Source: a virus (taxonomy: Duplodnaviria > Heunggongvirae > Uroviricota > Caudoviricetes). Taken from it: DNA of 64,000 bases. The notes under the pieces are model-generated. The model searched no databases and had not been told where the DNA came from. It saw nothing but the letters and a program-made list of their open reading frames with translations. Position numbers and translations under genes: made by a program. The stretch lies in the IMG/VR virus record IMGVR_UViG_2703718819_000006. One strand, 5' to 3'. The stretch's first letter is position 1. The number at the start of each line of letters is the position of its first letter. Positions 58,444-64,000 of this stretch are shown in pieces.

Positions 58444-58555
58444 GCATAACTTGTCGTCTTAGACGCCCAGAAGCTCTACACTTTGAGCCTGTTAAATTGA
58501 TTAAAAACTTATGTGTAAAATAGAACGCATTAGTCAGTAGCAAAGAGATGCAATA

Positions 58556-59323
58556 ATGGACGATTTATCGGTATACGCGAGATCATTGGATAAGGCTAAA
58601 TACTATGTTTACTGTCTCTATGATACAGAAGACAAGATGAAAAGACCGTTTTACATAGGAAAAGGCAAATCGACTCGTTGTCTCGATCACATCAAGTATC
58701 CCGATGACTCTCCCAAATCCATGCGGATCAAAGAACTTTTGGCTAATAAAAAATTAGGCATAGATATACTTCGTCATGGTATGGATGAAACCACAGCCAA
58801 ACTTGTTGAGGCGACATGCATCGACCTTATGGGGGTCGGAGAGCTTACGAATAAGGTACGAGGAAGTGGTTCCATGATGGGCAGAATATCACTGGACGCC
58901 TACCATCACTTAGTGCTGCAAGAGGAAACTGAAATTGCTCCTGAGCACGCCGGTCTTGCCTTCCTGCTAAACAGCACCTACAAGTCAGGAATGTCCGCTC
59001 TGGCATTATATGAAGCTACGCGTGGCGTATGGGCAAAGGTTCCAAGAGACGAGAATCTCAAATATGCCTACGCTACATATGGTGGGCTGATAATGGAAGT
59101 TTATCAGATTGAATGCTGGGTCAAAGCCGGTTCTCAGCAGTACTTTACAAGGGATATAGCTCTTGGCCCTGACACAAAACGTTATGAATTTGTTGGCAGA
59201 ATAGCCGATGAGCATATTAGAAAACTGTATGTAGGCAAATTAATCAAGAAGCCACCAAGCTACGGTAGCCCTTTTGTGAAGGTTGGGGTGGTTAGGACTG
59301 AACATAGTGTTAGCGCGGCATAA
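58556..59323 (+). CDS. GIY-YIG domain nuclease with C-terminal domain of unknown function
   Basis: YVYCLYD...PFYIGKGKSTR matches GIY-(x10)-YIG-R catalytic motif. Confidence 0.6.
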   Translation: MDDLSVYARSLDKAKYYVYCLYDTEDKMKRPFYIGKGKSTRCLDHIKYPDDSPKSMRIKELLANKKLGIDILRHGMDETTAKLVEATCIDLMGVGELTNKVRGSGSMMGRISLDAYHHLVLQEETEIAPEHAGLAFLLNSTYKSGMSALALYEATRGVWAKVPRDENLKYAYATYGGLIMEVYQIECWVKAGSQQYFTRDIALGPDTKRYEFVGRIADEHIRKLYVGKLIKKPPSYGSPFVKVGVVRTEHSVSAA

Positions 59324-59375
59324 AGCTGACACTGTAGTTATGCATTGGCGCAATGTACGCGCCAATGCATAATTT

Positions 59376-59735
59376 TTAACCTTTCTTCATCAACTCTCGT
59401 TTGATTTCATCGGTACGCATCGTGACATCGGCAGCGGTGATCGCCTCATTCAATTTCACGATGTCCTCGATTTCCTGCGGTGACTTCTCTGCCAGATGGA
59501 AAATGGCTGCTCGAATCACGTCAGAACGAGTGAACTTCTCGAAGCGAGGGATGAACTTCATCATCTCCAGCAGTTCGAAGTATTCGTCCTCCAGTGACAT
59601 TGTGCGGCTTTTAATTTTCTCTTTGCCACGAGTCGGGCGTCCCTGTGGTCTGACTGGTTGGCGCAAAGGAGTTGTGTTCTTAGCCGGTGCATCAGGCTCT
59701 TTGCGCTTTGCTAGGTCACCCATTTTCATGGACAT
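59376..59735 (-). CDS. partition protein ParB/ParG-like (small centromere-binding protein), putative
   Basis: Small basic protein immediately downstream of parA with TAATG overlap. Confidence 0.5.
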   Translation of the reverse strand: MSMKMGDLAKRKEPDAPAKNTTPLRQPVRPQGRPTRGKEKIKSRTMSLEDEYFELLEMMKFIPRFEKFTRSDVIRAAIFHLAEKSPQEIEDIVKLNEAITAADVTMRTDEIKRELMKKG

Positions 59736-60403
59736 TATTCTTCTTCCTCCAGACTCAACAGATAATCTACAAATTCTTCAAACTCGGCTTCCGCCTTTTT
59801 GTCGCGCTCGCTACCGGTCATTTCAAAGATAGAACGACCAGACTCTTCCGCATCATCATAGACGTTGCGGTTATATAGATTGACTGGCGCAGACTCGATT
59901 CCAAACGTCTCAACAATCTCTTTAGCCGCCAGAATGCGAGACACTTGTGATGGCAAAGCCGGGCACTGGTTCATGACCGCGCGGACCTTCACTTTATCGT
60001 TTACATTGCGAACATTGTCGATAATAGGATCGATGTCACGTAAAGATTTCAAATCACGACGCTTAGGACGCAGCGGGATAATGATAACGTCAGCCATCAG
60101 CATCGCTTGTCGCTGAATTTCGGAGTCGAAGCCACCAGCATCTACCACTACAAACTCAGCTCTACCCTGAAGCGATTTTAGGTGCTTAATGATGTCATCC
60201 TGAACGTATGCAAAAGGAATCAGCTCAAGGTCTTCGTTCTGTCGACGGTCTTCACACCAGCTCGTTGTCGTGCGCTGAATATCTATATCGGTAATATAAA
60301 CCTTCTTCTTCTTTTTGACTTTCAGGCAAACGGCAATTTGCTGGGCAACGGTGGATTTGCCAGGCCCGCCCTTTGTGCCGCCAACCACAAAGATCTTGGT
60401 CAT
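59735..60403 (-). CDS. parA: partition ATPase ParA
   Basis: Deviant Walker A GGTKGGPGKST and ParA/MinD fold motifs. Confidence 0.8.
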   Translation of the reverse strand: MTKIFVVGGTKGGPGKSTVAQQIAVCLKVKKKKKVYITDIDIQRTTTSWCEDRRQNEDLELIPFAYVQDDIIKHLKSLQGRAEFVVVDAGGFDSEIQRQAMLMADVIIIPLRPKRRDLKSLRDIDPIIDNVRNVNDKVKVRAVMNQCPALPSQVSRILAAKEIVETFGIESAPVNLYNRNVYDDAEESGRSIFEMTGSERDKKAEAEFEEFVDYLLSLEEEE

Positions 60404-60721
60404 TGGAGAGTTCCCTTTGCGTATATAATTATCGTCTGAAACAACTTGTTTTCTTATATGTGATATAGCCTAAATGCCTACGGCTGCGGTGTAAAGGTTA
60501 AATGGTAGGTTGTGATTAACAATTGGCAAACATAGCTTGTATTTGTCTGTTGAAAAAAGTAACAATGACCTCTATATTACAAGTACGGTGATATGCCGTA
60601 CACAATTTGATAATGCACACGTAATGGGCTATAGCCTTTTAAAGTAATTTTTGAGTCGAAAACTCAGTTTGAACAGAGGAGATTGATGGCCTTCCTACAT
60701 CACGGCCATCAGGAGGAATAC

Positions 60722-60991
60722 ATGTCAGCACTAAAAAAGCAGCGCATCGATTTGAGATTAACCGATGACGATAAAAGCATCATCGAGGAAGCTGCCGCAA
60801 TGTCTAACCAGAGCATTACTCAGTTTATGGTTAGCAGTGCATCTGAACGTGCCGTGAAAGTTATAGAGCAACACCGTAGACTAGTTCTGAATGAAGAATC
60901 CTGGAATCTGGTTATGGACGCTATAAGCAATCCTCCGGCACCGAACGACAAGCTGAAACGAGCTGCTGATCGTCTGAAAAGCATGGAGTAG
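60722..60991 (+). CDS. RHH antitoxin of GNAT toxin (TacA/DUF1778-like)
   Basis: KKQRIDLRLTDDDKSIIEEAAA pattern; AGGAGG RBS at internal ATG. Confidence 0.65.
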   Translation: MSALKKQRIDLRLTDDDKSIIEEAAAMSNQSITQFMVSSASERAVKVIEQHRRLVLNEESWNLVMDAISNPPAPNDKLKRAADRLKSME

Positions 60992-60998
60992 TTTACTC

Positions 60999-61520
60999 GT
61001 GGATAATATAAAGATAGAAATTTTCTCTGGAGAGAAAGATTATGATTTGAATGGTTTTGATTGCGGTGAAGAATCACTAAATGCCTTTTTAACCAACCAC
61101 TTAAAAAGGCAGCATGAGGGAAAAATTCTTCGTGCTTATGTGCTTTGCACGAAAGAAGGCAGACCAAAAGTGTTAGGGTATTACACTTTGTCAGGTAGCT
61201 GCTTTGAAAAGGAGTCCTTACCTTCAAGAAGCCAGCAAAAGAAGGTACCTTATCGGAATGTTCCAAGTGTTACTTTGGGTAGGCTGGCTTTGGACAAGTC
61301 CCTTCAAGGTCAAGGATTTGGCTCAATGCTTGTAACACATGCAATGCGCGTTGTGTACAATGCATCTCTTGCTGTAGGCATTCATGGACTTTTCGTTGAG
61401 GCGTTAAATGACAAAGCCAAGGCGTTTTATAAAAGTTTAGACTTTATCCAGCTGGTTGGTAACAACGAGCGTTCTTTGTTCTATCCTACAAAATCTATCG
61501 AAAAATTGTTCGAAGAATAA
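60999..61520 (+). CDS. GNAT-family acetyltransferase toxin (TacT/AtaT-like)
   Basis: GRLALDKSLQGQGFGSML acetyl-CoA binding motif; GTG start 8 nt after antitoxin stop. Confidence 0.7.
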   Translation: MDNIKIEIFSGEKDYDLNGFDCGEESLNAFLTNHLKRQHEGKILRAYVLCTKEGRPKVLGYYTLSGSCFEKESLPSRSQQKKVPYRNVPSVTLGRLALDKSLQGQGFGSMLVTHAMRVVYNASLAVGIHGLFVEALNDKAKAFYKSLDFIQLVGNNERSLFYPTKSIEKLFEE

Positions 61521-61551
61521 TGTACTCCCCTCAAGTGAGGGGAACTTCGCA

Positions 61552-61737
61552 TCACCAACCGCAAACTCTCTCTCCCATCGTATTGTGAAAAAGGATTTGG
61601 CGTTCGGTTTCTTCGGTCATCACATCATTATTGCTGATATAGATAGGCCCAGCTCCATCGCAGAACAATACGCTGGCGGTTTGTGGTTTAATGACGCACC
61701 CACTTATCATACAACTCACGATGAACGGCAGAAGCAT
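61552..61737 (-). CDS. outer-membrane spanin (Rz1-like lipoprotein), overlapping Rz in a different frame
   Basis: Signal plus lipobox MISGC; overlaps 3' end of Rz-like gene. Confidence 0.5.
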   Translation of the reverse strand: MLLPFIVSCMISGCVIKPQTASVLFCDGAGPIYISNNDVMTEETERQILFHNTMGERVCGW

Positions 61738-61939
61738 CTTTCTGACGTATTTTATTGCTCGTCTCATTCACCACTTCCACTGTGCTTTGAAGTCGTTTTC
61801 TGTCTTCCTGTTTTGCCTTCTCTTCCATTGCTCGTCGCGCCGCATTCCCGCCCATCGTGTAAGCGCCGACAAGAACGAAAAGAACGGCAGCCAGCGTAAT
61901 CAAAGCAACTTTTAGCTTTGTCATCAGGCTGCCTAGCAT
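61688..61939 (-). CDS. inner-membrane spanin (Rz-like)
   Basis: N-terminal TM helix followed by charged coiled-coil. Confidence 0.5.
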   Translation of the reverse strand: MLGSLMTKLKVALITLAAVLFVLVGAYTMGGNAARRAMEEKAKQEDRKRLQSTVEVVNETSNKIRQKDASAVHRELYDKWVRH

Positions 61940-61940
61940 A

Positions 61941-62633
61941 TTAGACCATCCCTTTCTGGTGTTTTCTTACCTGCGACCAGGCAATGAATCCGGCCACAAC
62001 AATAGTGGCAATACCGAAGATGATGCGTACTGTATCCCCGCTAGAGATATGGCCTTGTGCCTTATCCATAGCAGCGGAAACCTGCGGCATAACATCGGCA
62101 AGCTGCGCCAGACCAATCCCTGCGGTAACAGTTGCGCCTGCGGTTTCTTTAGTTACAGGAACAGCCTTCACGGTTTTCACCGGCTTAACGACGCCAGCTC
62201 GACGCAGACCTTCCTCAATAACTTCTGCCGCATACCAGGTGTTCAGCGTTTTTAGTGGACCTCGACCATTCTCGTGGCGAATGATTGCCTCAACCAAAGG
62301 TCGAAGGATGTCGTAATCATGCAGATCGATAATCATGTCTGCGGTTACACCAACGGCTTTAGACACCTCATTAATGTAGGCGTCAGTGTTGTTTTCATTC
62401 GGCGGTGCCCAACGTTCAATAACTTCACGAATGGTATCGATACTTGAGCCGTCTTTTGCGCGACGTTTGTCGTGGTAGGTAATTAGAGTCACCGCCAGCG
62501 CACGAATCCCCCAAACAGGGTCTTTAAACGTGCAAAAGCGCGGTTCGTCTGGATTCGCAACTAGACCTTGCCACGGTGATCCTTTGTCAAGATTACCGGG
62601 GTTATTATTACGAATGCCTCTCGGAGTCTTCAT
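61941..62633 (-). CDS. putative endolysin / cell-wall hydrolase with C-terminal TM helix
   Basis: Position between holin-like and spanin genes; GIRNNNPGNL motif; start moved to ATG with AGGAG RBS. Confidence 0.4.
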   Translation of the reverse strand: MKTPRGIRNNNPGNLDKGSPWQGLVANPDEPRFCTFKDPVWGIRALAVTLITYHDKRRAKDGSSIDTIREVIERWAPPNENNTDAYINEVSKAVGVTADMIIDLHDYDILRPLVEAIIRHENGRGPLKTLNTWYAAEVIEEGLRRAGVVKPVKTVKAVPVTKETAGATVTAGIGLAQLADVMPQVSAAMDKAQGHISSGDTVRIIFGIATIVVAGFIAWSQVRKHQKGMV

Positions 62634-62646
62634 CCTTGATCTCCTG

Positions 62647-62970
62647 TTATTGCAGTCCATTTTTTACGCCATACGCGGCTAACCCCAAAAGCAGTGCAGT
62701 GATAATGAACGACGTTATTTTAGAAACAATGCCGCCAAAGAACCCACTGGAGATGGAATCTAACCGGTTAAGGAGTTTGTCCAGATTGGAGTGTTGAATA
62801 CTATGTTGCGCCGGGGTCATATCACCAAAGTAGGTTTTCAGCTGATCATTGACCTCCTGGCCAATTTCTTCACGTAGCTCTTTACCTAATTTGCCAACAA
62901 CCTCCCGAGCAACGATCGCGGCGATACGCTCAACTTGCTCTGTTGTAACGCCCGCCATCTCGTTCGACAT
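62647..62970 (-). CDS. holin-like small membrane protein
   Basis: C-terminal TM helix; GGAGGA RBS at internal ATG; first gene of lysis cassette. Confidence 0.4.
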   Translation of the reverse strand: MSNEMAGVTTEQVERIAAIVAREVVGKLGKELREEIGQEVNDQLKTYFGDMTPAQHSIQHSNLDKLLNRLDSISSGFFGGIVSKITSFIITALLLGLAAYGVKNGLQ

Positions 62971-63107
62971 GTTTCCTCCATGAAAAGTCAAATCGGGATG
63001 GCGGATTTATATCACATTTTACCCCTCAATTGATAGGTATGTACCTGCCTATTTATATTGCAAAACTAATGAGGGCTTGGTTCTAAACTAATCCTCGTTG
63101 AAGTTAT

Positions 63108-64000
63108 TTATTCTTCACGTGAATTTAACTTCGTTTCAAGCTCCTCAACCCTTTTGGTCAATTGCTGAATATGATGAATGAGTGGTACAACCAAACGCTC
63201 ATACATCACTCCTTCAGCGACCATACCATTTGAGGAAATATCTTCTGGAGAATCATTATTTGTTGGTTCACGCCAATGGACATATTGCGGGGCAATCTCA
63301 CCAACCTCTTCAGCAATAAGGCCGTAATACCCCCAATCCTTTCGGTCACCTCGACAAATTGAACGATACCAAACAGGTCTTAATGACAAAAGTTCATCAG
63401 CATATCGATCTTGTAATGTTTCAATATCCTTTTTATAGCGCCTTGAAGAGGTTGAACGCCAAACTGTATTGATACCTGGGTTTGGATCAATGTACATATT
63501 GGCACCGCTAGTAGTTGTGCCAATATCCCATATAGCAAACCCTCCACTACCGCCTGATTTGACAACCAGTGTTTCAGCAATAATATCCAGGTTGCCACTA
63601 TAGCCTGTCAGTGATGATCTGCTTGCATAGGAACTTAGAAGGTTTGTTACCTCTGTTTTCGTGTAAGCATTAAGGTTAGTCGCAGTCAAAGTTATATCGG
63701 CAGAGCCATCAAACGCCACACCAGCAATTTTCCTTGCTGTCTGCAATTTTGTGGCGGTTGCGGCATTACCAGTAGTGTTCTGATTACCAGTTGTATTCAC
63801 ACCAGGGATTGAATCCTTAGCGGTATATACCTGCGCCCACTCTGACCATGCCGCACCTGTGTAATCTCTTCGGGAGCGAATGAAAACCGGCGCATGTGCA
63901 CCGCTCGTACCACTCCAGCCAATAAGCAACTCGCCCTCACCAGCAGCACTCGCACCTTTCATGTGCAATACGTTGCCATACGTGGTCGGGTAGCTATTGT
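63108..64000 (-). CDS. tail fibre protein, C-terminal part with intramolecular-chaperone (S74-like) domain; 5' end beyond window
   Basis: Gly/Thr/Ser-rich beta region followed by SSRRYKKDIETL..LRPVWYR..GLIAEEV chaperone-like C-terminus. Confidence 0.55.
   Translation of the reverse strand, partial: NSYPTTYGNVLHMKGASAAGEGELLIGWSGTSGAHAPVFIRSRRDYTGAAWSEWAQVYTAKDSIPGVNTTGNQNTTGNAATATKLQTARKIAGVAFDGSADITLTATNLNAYTKTEVTNLLSSYASRSSLTGYSGNLDIIAETLVVKSGGSGGFAIWDIGTTTSGANMYIDPNPGINTVWRSTSSRRYKKDIETLQDRYADELLSLRPVWYRSICRGDRKDWGYYGLIAEEVGEIAPQYVHWREPTNNDSPEDISSNGMVAEGVMYERLVVPLIHHIQQLTKRVEELETKLNSREE

Overview
The window reads as a densely packed, almost entirely minus-strand-coded segment of a phage-plasmid: a P1-type RepA/iteron replicon with ParA/ParB partition genes and a TacA/TacT-like toxin-antitoxin pair sits beside a large phage DNA-metabolism and replication block, a lysis cassette and the 3' part of a tail-fibre gene. 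The gene content (DnaE-type polymerase, CobS/CobT-like pair, NrdAB, ThyA, DHFR) is what I recall for SSU5/pHCM2-like elements, but that assignment is from memory, not a search. Replication and repair calls rest on motifs read directly from the ORF translations: DnaE-like Pol III alpha, DnaB-like helicase, primase, gp32-like SSB, FEN, RNase HI, DnaQ-like exonuclease, ATP-dependent ligase, SbcCD-like nuclease, RuvC-like resolvase and a RecA-like recombinase interrupted by a LAGLIDADG intein in its P-loop. Four minus-strand tRNAs (Ser-TGA, Thr-TGT, Tyr-GTA, Asn-GTT) lie in about 1.3 kb of ORF-free sequence full of long inverted repeats. No single well-supported novel system stands out; the best candidates for something undescribed are the recombinase with its lox-like site and repeated half-sites bounding the tRNA cargo, two intergenic motif families, three AT-rich islands of unknown genes, and a translationally coupled three-gene small-protein cassette. 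Coordinates follow the supplied ORF track; several starts were moved to internal ATG/GTG codons with better ribosome-binding sites, and hand-indexed positions of short sites may be off by a base or two.
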